DNA from: Diadema antillarum
Taxonomy: Eukaryota
Direction: 5' to 3'
Length of the DNA stretch: 64,000 bases
Assembly (NCBI RefSeq): GCF_040938485.1
Contig: NW_027270889.1
Span: forward strand, 682,001 to 746,000
The notes below the pieces were generated by a model. The model worked only from the letters and a program-made list of their open reading frames with translations. It was not told the DNA's origin and did not search any database. Positions 40,456 to 52,280 of the stretch are shown here, one piece after another. The position numbers were made by a program, and so were the translations under genes. Positions within the stretch are counted from its first letter, which is position 1. Each line of letters begins with the position of its first letter.

Positions 40456-43113
40456 ATAGTATTTTATCGATCATGATTCTCTCCGAATTCGTGCTATACA
40501 TTTTCCTCTCAATCAATACTATCTGTCTTTATCTTCATTTCTCCTTTTCTGTCTTTATAAATTCTCTCTCCCCCTCCCCCCCCCCCCCCCCCCTCTCTCT
40601 CTCTCTCTCTTTATTTCTTCATAAAGTTTAGGTAAACATAGGAAGCCTTAAGTCAGAAAATTTCTGGTCTTCTTCCTTTCTACCTCACCACTCGCAGAGC
40701 CATGCTAAGTATGATAAGTAGCATATAACCTCCAAGGCAAACCTGGGATACAAATGTTAAGTAATCCCTTCTTCACTATGTACATGATATACGTAAGGCT
40801 TCTGCAAGGAATGCTTTGTTTGAGTACATAAAAAGTTTCCCATTTCTTGCAAATAAAGAGGAAAAAGAAGGGAAAATGAAAACAAAATGTCCAGACTTAT
40901 CAGCTTCAGTTGATACAGGAGCTAAATAACACATGCAACTAAATTACGGTAATTGAATTTGTGATAGGTAACGCATCGCATGAAAGAATACGTAGGTCTG
41001 TATCAAAAGAAAAGTATTTCCAATGGTATCTTTAGAACTTGAAACCAGGGACTGTTGACATAGGCCAGCATGGATGAGTTGAAGATATTATTTTGCCTAA
41101 TCAACTGTTTATTCCATTTTTTTTTCATCTGTCCTATGTATTCTGTATAATGTTTTATTATGTATACGAATCTTTGTTGATAATGATAATTTTACCTTAT
41201 TTATCTGACACGGGTCAGGAAGCCTTTGAAAGGTCTCTAGGCATGTTATGCCTATTGTTGATTCCTCCATTTTTATTATTCATTGTATCTCTCATGATTT
41301 AAGTTGCAAATATTGTAATATTTATATTTTCTTTTTACTTGCTATGCGGAAATTAATGAGTTGAATTTATCTCTAGGACTCATTAAAGGCAATAATGATC
41401 ATTCAGTAGCATTTTTAAGACATAAAAGCGGTTATAGTATTTCAGTTCATATCGTCTATTTACTTTCTCCTCAGTTAACTTTCTCCTTTACAAGCGCTGA
41501 TGTTAAAAGAGGGGAACTCTAACTGGGGTCTAACATACTTATAATCAATCTATATCATCGATTTGCGCTATTCTTCATTGAAAAAATACAAAACCATTTC
41601 ATTTCATTTCACTTTATTTCACTTCATTTCACTTCTTTCATGTCTATTGAAAATGCAAATACAATAAAATATTCGAACACATATAATTACACAAAATAAG
41701 TACAATTGTAATTGAGAAAAATACTGCGCACTGAAGCGCAATTAACATTGTTATTTGTATGCCAAATACCGAATAAAAGTTGTTGGAAATGGAGGGGTTG
41801 TTAAAAAAGCAGTGCTTGTAATCGCCCCATAAACAAGTAACTAAATACTAAACTAGCGAAACTAGGCATATTGTCATAAACGTGAAAGAAAGAAAAGGAA
41901 AAATACACAAACAAAATGAACCAACAAACACATATGAGGCAGCTCTTTTGTAAAAGAAAAAAGTATAAGCATGGAAAGAATAACAGGAAAGGACTAAAGA
42001 GAACAGGGAGAAATGGAGAAGGAAAAGGAGTTGAATTAAGGGTCAAGACCATGAACAAGATTCCTGTATTTTTCCATCTCGAACAAGACATGTAAATACA
42101 TTTTCTTTATATCAGTGCATTATGTATCGACATTGCAAAATATGATAAATGAAACTTATGAATATACCATTGGTAAGGTAAAAAGAAAAACTGTAAAAGG
42201 CATTCTAAAATTTTGAAGATAAAATATATAGTATAATGATGGACTCACCGAGATTTACAAATATCTTTGTATCATCCAAATTTACTCGACTAAGTTCATT
42301 TCTAAGAGTGCGTTCCTTTTTATGATATTTTTTTCTAATTGTGTGCTTTTCATTTGAGATTATTTCTTCTGTCATTCAACGTCTTCCGACGTCCACATCG
42401 CGTTGTAGCACCTTTACAAAAGGAAGCAAAATGATAAACTTTGTGACCTCGATTTAGACATTAGACGTTAAGCTTAATCACGATGAAGGACGGTACATTC
42501 ATAGCAATCTTCATCTACTTGGGGAAAGGGAACTTGCAAAAGCAAGTCAAACAATAATATGACACATACCAAACTGGATTATAAAAGGTTTAAAATTACC
42601 CCCCCCCCCGCCATCTCTCTTTTTCTCCCTTCCTACCACTCTCCCGCATTCACCGTTCTCCGCAACGTCTGAATATTCGTCACCATGGTGCATGAGCGGG
42701 AGAAACTTGCGAAAGGAAAAGAAAAAGAAAAAAGCTCGTCATGTTAATTCCGTCAGACAAAACACGGATGTCGGCGAAAGTGACTCGTTGAACAATAACC
42801 GCAGATCGATATTAACACAACACATTTCGGTCGTGAAAAGCTATTATCGGCGATGCCCAGCGCAGTGCCGCTTTCACTACAGGCCATCAAACCGCTTTAC
42901 CCTAATGCCAAAGTGGTTGTTTATTCATGGTTTATCTCGTCATACGACTATTGTGTGACTGGGGCATATTTTGGTTTGCACATACGCCTTCGAGCATCCC
43001 CACCCCACCTTCTTCCACACAGCATTATTCAGACAGACAACCCCGCTTCCTCCCTCCCCCCCCCCCCCCTCCTTTTTTCCTCTCTCACACTCCCCCATCC
43101 CTCTTCATGCTTC

Positions 43114-43296
43114 TAGTCTTGCTTCCAGATCATTCTGTCAGTACTTAATTTTGCTACCCAGAATATCAACGCCCTCTAACGACGAATTAGCAGGCTCCGC
43201 TGGATGGGTGGCGACATAATCGAGGGTCGGGGAGCGATGAAAGGTGCATTTTGTGGAAGGCGCTAACAGTTGAAAAAGGGCCTGGAAACCAGACTA
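43114..43296. mobile_element. Degenerate TAGTCT-terminated element, similar in style to 18343..18555
   Basis: TAGTCTTGCTTCCAG versus the reverse complement of CTGGAAACCAGACTA (13/15). Confidence 0.4.
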
Positions 43297-44023
43297 CCTA
43301 CCTGCTCCCTCCTTCTCCCCTCAGACGAGTACAAAAAACGTCCAACGTTTCCTGTTTCTTCCGAAGGTTCATGTCGCATGTTCCCGTCACCGGCTTATTC
43401 GATACTGTTTAATCGCATTGATTGTGCCACTTCCCTGAGACCGAGCGAGTATGGATCTATACAGGTGTCCGAGGAGGTGTTAAAAGTCCCCACTCTCTCT
43501 TCTCCGTCCATTAATAGCTGTCCAGACTACCGCACTTTCTTATCAAAGCATTTTTACCTCTGTTCGCACCTATCCACACTAACGTCATTCATTAGTCAAA
43601 TTTCGATCTGTGTTTTCTTACCGCTGTCTATTTTTCGCACTTACTCTGTTTGTCGAGCCATTTCCGTTCATCGCTTGTGCGTATTTGTCGTGCCGTGTTT
43701 GCTTCGATGCGTGCGCTTTGTTATGAATAATAAATAAATTACGGGTTTTACGCCATTGGCAATTTGACTGAACGGGAGATAGATTTGGCAGAGCACCTCT
43801 AAGTGCGATTGATTGAGATAAAACAAATTTAAGGTATTATAAATAATTCGTGACAACTTTCTGCGCCACCTTTTTCGCCAACTTTTAAAGCACAACCCTT
43901 ATTTTATCATTCTTCTGAAGTAACAAAGGTGATCTAAAAACAACAGAGAAAAACCTTTTCGTGCCAGTGTAAACATGCTCATTCCTTGTCAGTGTAAACA
44001 TGCTCATTTCTTTTCATTCATAG

Positions 44024-44133
44024 TAGTGGGGTGGCTTAGTGAAATTATCGTGACACGGTGGACAAAAGCATGATTTTTTCACCAAAGGTACCTCATGATA
44101 TGCCTTTTCAAAAAAAAGGGTGCTCCAAAGAAA
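44024..44133. repeat. Academ left terminal inverted repeat
   Basis: Imperfect inverted match to 55215..55334; first 16 bp identical. Confidence 0.88.
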
Positions 44134-44454
44134 CTGATGCTGGGAAGGAGGTCAAAGGTCAAAGGTCAACGACCTTTGTTTATGAAATTGGTTTTTTGGC
44201 TATTTCTCGAGTCAGGAATGTCAAATCTGGATAAAACCTGGCTGGAAGAATAATGAGAACAATTAAAATATTTCAACCTAATTTGGAGTGAATTTGCCAA
44301 AGGTCAAAGGTCAAAGGTCAATGAACTTTTTTTCTAAAAAATCAGGTTTCTTACCTATTTCTCCAGGTAGGAAAGATGAAATTTTCACAAGCTTGATATG
44401 AAAGAAGGTACAAAGCAAATATAGTAGGGGAGGAATATGATCGTTGATTTTTAC

Positions 44455-44633
44455 GTTGCCATGGCAACCCAATACAAAGGTTTTAAGTTGAAGTTGATTA
44501 CAGGAAGCTATACAGTATAACTTCCAGTTCTGAAGAGATTTCATTTGAATAGGTGCAACTGATCGACTGGACGATTGGAGGTATTTGTAATACTTTTTTC
44601 TGAATGTTAAGTGGTATATGTTGCCATGGCAAC
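44455..44633. promoter_or_regulatory. Two perfect RFX X-box palindromes inside the Academ element
   Basis: GTTGCCATGGCAAC at 44455-44468 and 44620-44633; function untested. Confidence 0.45.
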
Positions 44634-44675
44634 TACACATTTAGATTTTGGTTAAATTCATAGGAGACTTTAGAA

Positions 44676-45049
44676 CAGAGCTACCAAGTCTCACGCATTC
44701 TGAGTGAGACTCGAGCATTTAGGGGCCATCTCACAATCTCACGCATGGCACCCATCTTTCTCACACATCGAGCGAAGTCTGCAACTCGGGCCTATAATAA
44801 TGAGCATAGCCCAAAGGATTAATGTGATAGTTGCAATTGAAGGTATATTTCCCTTTTGTCATTCAAAATAGGTAAAAAACAGTCACTTAAGTATGAACCT
44901 GATTGCATCATTAAGAGCTAAAAATTGAAAAAGCTCCCTACCGCGATACCGAGGGAGGGGTAAAAAAAACCTCCCACCCTCACTCATGCGCCGAGATGCT
45001 GAGCCATGAAAATCTCACTAATAAAATTCTTTTGCACTTGGCATCCCTG
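44676..45049. mobile_element. hAT-like MITE nested in the Academ element
   Basis: Ends CAGAGCTACCAAGT and ACTTGGCATCCCTG (11/14 inverted match); flanking direct repeat TTAGAA(C). Confidence 0.65.
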
Positions 45050-45554
45050 TTAGAACTTCCATGACTTTGAAGAGACTCCCACCAGGGTTGGTATGATTGA
45101 TCAATATAATGTACCGGTATAGCAGAATTTTTATAAGCAATGAATCTCGAAAAAAAAATGTATTTCTGCTTTATTTCCGTGGTTTCACTTCTGGTATGTC
45201 ATTGAATTTACTATTTCTGTGCGACTTAGGCTTCATAATCTAATCATGAAAATAAACAATGCTCCTGTTGTATACTCATGCTTTGCTTACTGTAACCAAT
45301 ACTAGTATGATATATCGTCTTATCATGTGTATACTTTGACAAGATCTGGAACAGAACTAGAGCTGTAAACGTGTACAATATACATGTCACATATACTTTG
45401 TAGCTTACCACCAGGTGAATTTCATTCAAAAATAAATAATTAATAAAACAAGTTGGCTCCAGCTCTGGTTAATTATTGTGTTTTCATCATTGTGGGCTTC
45501 TCTGGCACCCGGTTAGCATACAATTTTGTAATTATACCTGACATGTGGGCAAGC

Positions 45555-48500
45555 TTATTTCTGACAGCAGCAAGAGCAGAGTTCTGTGCATGGTAATCCA
45601 GCTTTCGAGCACTTGCAGCGAGAAACACATCCAGCTTCTGCCCTGCAGCCACACTTGATGAGCTCCTTACAGGCTTTAGCTGCTTCAGGAATGGTCAACC
45701 AAACTGGTGCCCAGTGACCATCCTCCATTGTCCATCCCCATCCCTCTGGAGAAGGAACTGCAGATTGTGCCTGGCGACATGTTGTCCAAATGCCACTTTG
45801 GTATAATACCCTCTTGATATGCTGGAGCAGTGCATCCTAATATAGTTTGGAAAAAAAACCACACCAGATATATTGTATAGTTAATCAACTGTTTCAACAA
45901 ATAATAACATGTTACCTTAACATAAAAAAGAACTGTTTGGTTGAGATGGTGACAAATTCCTATCATATCTGTTTCTTTTTAATACCAGTACTTAAATACT
46001 ATTTTCATAATAGCAAGTTTCAAAACAAGCCACCAGGCTTTGAAGGTTGTACAAACAAGAACTTGAGTATCGCATTGCCCAACAGAATGATTAACTCCAT
46101 TTGCATTATAGGAAATGATTATTTAAACTATGAACACTGATATTGGTATCATTATGTTATTTTCATTGATTTTTCAGGACATTAATCATGTTTTTTTCAA
46201 AAGTATTTGCAATTTAATTTCTTGTTCCGTGTATGTCCTATCCCTTGGGGTAAGGAAAGTGACTGTGAATGTGCAAATGAACGTACCTGAGTTGGGGGTA
46301 TGTTCTCCAGGTTTCTTTTCCTCTTGCAGAAGAGCTCTCGGCGCGCTTCATTCACAGAGACGAGATTGCTTGTCACATCATACATCAGGACTGTAAATCG
46401 CTCAAGACAACTGATATGTTCAGATGAAACATCTACTGCTTGGAATGGATGATCCACAAAATGAAGGAATGCTTGTGTCACTTCAGGATAAGATTTCCAG
46501 ACCCTCCATGCACTTTTCTTCCCTTTTCCAAGGAAGCAAGACGTGGTATCACAACCTGTGTAAGCATGAAACAGGGGCAGCGCTCGTGACTTGTCATCTC
46601 CAAGATGTTTGCAAATGTTATTGATGTTGTAGTGACAGAAGTTCTTCCCCACACCGAACGCCACCCAAATGTCAATGTCAGGATGTTCAATGAACAATGA
46701 TGGAAACTGTCCGATGAGAATAACAAGAACGTCTGTGTCCACTGTTCGGATTACAATCTTCCTTGACCCTCTCTCCACTGCATGCTGAAGATGAACTGTG
46801 ATTCTTGTATCTGCTTCTTCATGTGTGCAGTCTGCCATGGGTTCACAATCACCCCTTGCAATCACCGAAGTACCTGAAAAGTCATAAAAGAGAAAAAGAG
46901 AAAGACTTTGAATTTTCTTCTCTGCCTATGGACCCATAGATACATGTGTTCTAAAGTTACATGGATAATACTTCAAGATTAGTGAGATCATATGAAGCTC
47001 TTCCCAAACTAATTCCCACTCATCAAGCTTTTGTTATGCATTGGTTGTAATTACACAAAATGTATCTTAATCTTATAATTATTAGAGATAGTATTGTCTA
47101 AATCAGAAGTACATAAAGAATAACGTACCTGAGGTTACATACAGCTCCTTTTCTTTGGGACACTCTAGTTCAGCCACTCTCTGTGTCAGGAATGCGAACA
47201 GCTCTTCTTTGTTAGTACTGTCTTGGAGGAAGTCTTTCCAGTTGGCTGGCATTTTGGTCGTGGGTGCTACCTTTCTGCGCAATCCACTTCCACGCTTCTG
47301 TCGAGTAGATTCCTTGATGCTGCAGGCTAAATATCGGTCCCACACCAAGTCTAGTCGTTTGATTCCTGTCAATTCACGGTCCAGAATGGGCTTGAACACT
47401 GTTCTTGCATAGTCTTCAAATGTAGACACGGATGATGTTGGCAACCCATGAACTAGAGCTGCACCATCAAAAATCTTACAGTCTATGTGTGCAGGCGGCT
47501 CTCCTTGTCCATTTGTGTCCAGACATGTTAGTAATTTGGACTTGCTTGATGTCAAGCGCAGTTTCCCGCCAATTGATAGAGATGGTGGGTGTACCTGATT
47601 CTCGTGGCTGAAGAATACTGTTGGGTCACCATCACGCAGCTGGTTTGCGATGTACATGCGACCAAAGAGGCTCACATCATTCTGAAGAGATGTAATTTTT
47701 GCAGTTTTGCGATTCCTTTGTGTCTTCACTGATGTCTTGAAGAGCGGAAGAGAATTCTTTTTGATTGGTGCATGGATGGATTTGGTTTTTTCAATGAACA
47801 CTTCCCGATTGTACGCTTGATACTGACTGGAACCAAGTTCTTCGATATGCTGTACTGTCTCTACCACTGATTTATCAGCACATACCCGAGAGTGCAAGAC
47901 CAACAATTCAGAATGGTCCTCAAGGAAAGGGTTGCCATATTCACTGATTGTCTCAATCAGTTTTGCTGTTTGACTACTGAAAGATTGTTGATCTGATTGA
48001 GTCTCTTCATGATGTTTGCAGTTTTCCTCTGGATCTTCTTCAGGTAAGTATTCACGTTCAAACTCTGTCAACAGTCTGGCTTGCTCGGGACCTGCAAGCA
48101 TCCATCGTTGGAAAGCATCAGGATTTTCGGTTAAGCCCACGGCTCCACCTTTACCTTTGACTTTTGCATTTTCCTGTTCATGGACTTGATCAATTGGAAG
48201 TGCAGAAAACCTCTTCTGTGTTTTGCTTACAACCCAGTTCTTCTGGAGCCCCTCTGATACAGCGTCTGGTAAGGACTGCATGTCTCGCAGATGGACAGAA
48301 ACCCAACGGCAGTAATTGTAGTGGTCCAGTGCAAAAAACAAGAACATCAGGCTTTGCAGTGACTCCACAAAGAGGAGGAAGTCCCTCTCTCGATGAGCTC
48401 TGATGAATATCAGGATCAAAATCTGAGTTCGCAAAACCAAGTCCCAGTACTGGAAGGTAGGGCTTTTACTAGACATAGAATGTCTCCAATCCTCAAATGT

Positions 48501-50713
48501 TCGGTTCCCACTTGTTGCTGCAACCTGTTCAAATGCCTGATGTTGTAACTTCGAAAGAGCTAGGGCAGTTACCTGGTGAGCATGTCGGGTCCTTGTAACA
48601 TGAGCAGCTTTAATGAAGGAGTTAGCTGTACCTGATGATGCAACACCTGAGTCGGTAAGAGCTTCCGTCCATCCGCTTTTGTCAAGGAAATCACCAAATG
48701 CTGTCCACAAGGCTTTCTCCAAATGAAATCCACCAAACATGATCACAAACTTATCCTCACCATGGGTTGAAGGCCAGGTCCATTGTATGTGCTTGCAGTT
48801 AGCGAATATTGGACAGTCACACGCCAACACAGGGATTTGGCCTGGATTAAGGAAGTTAGTGACAGTTGCAAGGACATTCATAGCATGCTTTATCATGGCA
48901 GGCGAGTCTGCCTTCTCTTGGAAGAGAGGGAGAAGTGCGATGACAGCAGGAAGATCAAGAGGAGGTGATTGCTTAGATGCATGATATGCAGCCCATGAGA
49001 TCACTTCTCCTTTCTTAAGTGTTTGTCTGTCGAGTAGTTCAGAGGCATGCTGAATCCATTTTCCCTCTTCTTCTTGTGCGTCTTGAAGCTTTCCATCTAC
49101 AGCCGTCATAGTAACCTTGGGAACACTAGTAGATGATGCTTTGAGATGGACTGATTCGACTATGCTATACGAATCAAGCAGTTGAGGTCTCTCATTTGGA
49201 TTTGCAGGAAGAAACCACTGTGATACCCGCCTCCGTCCAGGATGGTATTGTGTAGGAAATTGGATGACACTTATGCCACTTCCATGAAACGATCCTCTAG
49301 CTGTAGTTGACGATGGGTTATGATCAATGTTGTCTAGTGCCCCAACTGTAAAAATGCCTTTCCTCAGAATGGATGGACACACAATGTTTTCAGCTGTGAA
49401 CTGCTTGCACATTGCAACTGATAATTTCTTCTCTAACTGTAGAACTCTCTCATATGAGATGCTTAAACCAAGCCTGGCCAGTTGATTTATCAGCTGCTTG
49501 TTCCTTGTCGTGGTATGGATGTTCAGGCCAATGTAGATTGGAAGTGGTGGTTCTCTATCCTGAGACTGGCGTTTATGCGGGGTCGGATTTCTGCTCTTCT
49601 TCTTTGAATTATGGAGGAACATCTGGGCCATTGTGCAACATGCCTGTGAGTCATCACCATCCTCATTGTGTTTTAAGTCTGGTCCGTAAAGGATCATTGA
49701 TGACAGGAGTGTAAGACTTGGAAGCATCTTCTGACAATTCGGGGGGAAGCTGCCGGAAAATTCAAAATGTGTTTTCCTGAACATTTCTTCTCTGCAGATT
49801 TTCGCAACTTTGGCGAACAGGAAAGCTTCAGTTTGGTAGTCTTTGTCCTTTAGAGCATCCTTCAGCATTTGTTGCATACCTTCAGGGAATATGAGAACAA
49901 CATTCTTGCCATCTGATTGTTCTTGTACGCCTGTTTCGAAGAAGTGATCCACAAGCTTCATTTTCAACCGGCCCTTGTTCACAGATACATGATGTCCAAG
50001 ACTTTCGAGACGCTGTTCATACTTCTCGTGGAGATCGGATAGCTTGAAGATGTACTGCCCATCTTCTATTGCAAGCTCAACATAAGAAACCAGCTCAACA
50101 AATGCTCGAGCATGTGCTCGTTCGCCCTCTGTCGTTTCTGTACTGGAAGAACCAACTTTGCGCTGATGGCCCCTATAATTGTTCCTAAATTTAGTCAATC
50201 TATGTGATACTTCGCTTCTAGAGCAATGATGTCACTTCCTGCTATTTTGTGCATGAGTTCTTCATCTTGCATATCACTTGCCATTTTCCTGAGAGACTGA
50301 TCAGCTTCAAATGTTTGAAAACTATGCAGTTTGTCATTGCCAATTTGTTCACAGAAGAGACACAAACTCCTGTATTCAAATCCCGACTTCTGGCGCTTTG
50401 ACCGTCTCATGTCACATTGTGCATCTCCTTCTTCTTCATCTTTTCTTTCCCCTTTCAATTTGCGTTTGAGTTTGTCATTATTAAATTGTTGATGACAACA
50501 ACGGTGCCACAAGGCATTGTTTCTCACAAATGCCTCAACTGTTCCTTCAGATCCAAAGTCCACATCAATTGGCAAGGCGTTTATTTTCCTGAACTCCTCA
50601 ACATTTTTCAAAAATGAAGCATAAACCTTTTCAGCATTGAGTCCCCCTTTTTTTGGACAGTGAAGTTTTTCTTGTGTTTGTTCCTGGCAGATTACACAAA
50701 TGCTCCAATCCAT
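45555..50713 (-). pseudogene. Academ transposase gene (DDE transposase + XPG-like nuclease + Cys8 finger), 3 coding exons, one frameshift
   Basis: Exons 50713-47129 (frameshift near 50198), 46873-46287 and 45836-45555, with GT-AG introns in phase. Motifs: ALDNIDHNP, ACDCP, FGGFH, IDQVHEQEN; HEEADTR, VDTDV, TGCDTTSCFLGKGK; ELIKCGC..GC.SRCKC.KAGLPCTELCSC*. The last exon is not in the ORF track. Confidence 0.88.
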
Positions 50714-52280
50714 GGTGACCTAAAGAGAATTAAGAAAATTAAAATGAATATAATTAAAATCAATACTACAGATACCGGTACCAGTAACTTACTTCATTCT
50801 TCTCTCCCCACCTCCACCCCTTCACTTTGGCTTATAGATATACAGTTGTAGCTGACTTGAATAAATGTCATTATGTAACATCATCTTTGATTGACAAGAC
50901 ACTAGAACTTAGCAATCATTTCATTTTGCTGCTGGACGCATGAGGTTAGTTGAACTATTGTTGTTTTTAATGTAGTACACTTTTTCCTCCTATTAATCAC
51001 ATGGATTTGGGATGGAATGCATTTTGACATGAAGCATCATAAATATTTGAATAAACCGCCTCTGTGGTCGGGAATATTCCACTCTAAGCCATTTTTTTAC
51101 GCCTTTGTAAACTTCCCCCTAGACTTTGTTCACCAGCCAATTACAATTACAAATGTGAACCAACCAAACATTACTTTTGAATAGCATGTCTATAGCTATC
51201 AGACCCAAAATATTCAAACCACTTGGAGTCTTTATCAGTGAAATTACAAATGTAAAGATATTATAAGAAGAATTCAAAATGTCTCAATTTTACTTCAACT
51301 CTGGAAACAATAAACATTTACCCTTTTTAAACCTTTGAATAACCTCCATAAGAAGTAAACACATAGAGAGCAGAAGGGAAAACAATACATAAGTGCTTAC
51401 AGAAACTGAGCAGTCCCTGTGTTAAACCTATGGGACTCGGACAATCTCAAAGGAAACAGGTTACATTTGTTTGGAAATATGTGGGGCAATACCCAAAACA
51501 AAGTTTTCAATGCAATAAATGCAGCTCTCCTGCTGGTAGACTAGTGGTTTTGGTAGAAAAAAAAATATTAGCTGCAACACACCTGGTTCTGTCATTGTCC
51601 AACATTTATCTGAACCGGTGTGATGCCACGCTTTGCTATTTCTCTTCAAGAGGTAGATACTGCTTTGATAATCCTTTATCAGTAATATCAAATAATTTAG
51701 TAAAAAGGTGCTTAAGAATACTGGACTGTTCCAACAATCCCCCCTCAGGTCTGCAACACAGACTAACCACCTGCTACCATAGGAAAACCAGTATAAAGTA
51801 GTGCATTATTGTAAACATGCACATGTAGTGATGTGGGTCTGAATTCCAAGACTAGCAACCTAATACTAGTACATTGCATTGCCTACGTACATAGTTGTAT
51901 TGCAATTGCCCATGTTGTACGGTACAGTGTGCAGACCTCCTCACAAAGTCTGTAAACAGACTGCAGATCAATGTGACTAGACTGAGACATGATGAAATGT
52001 ATGTATGTCATCTGAAGTATCTAAAAAGTGCAGTTTATTTTATAGTAGGAATAAATCCCTGAGGAAAAAAAACACATTATCTAATAAATTATTTAGTTGA
52101 ACATTTGAAATTTGCATGAGAAATAACAGTTAGTGGATTTGTAATCATTTAAAACCTCAATCCGAGGATTTCTTGATCTAATTTTTATTTGAAAAAAATA
52201 TCTGTACAGTCAATTGTCTGTGATACACGAAATTAAATATTATAGGCTTAAATTGAAGGAGGGAATTTTCTCATTCTTTA

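Noticed and set aside
50180-50205. 26-nt GT-AG mini-intron that would repair the transposase frame
   Set aside because: It restores the frame but is too short for a typical metazoan intron and would delete the YH..C motif
51430-51801. 123-aa plus-strand ORF inside Academ as a second element gene
   Set aside because: No recognisable domain; probably intron or UTR sequence of the transposase transcript
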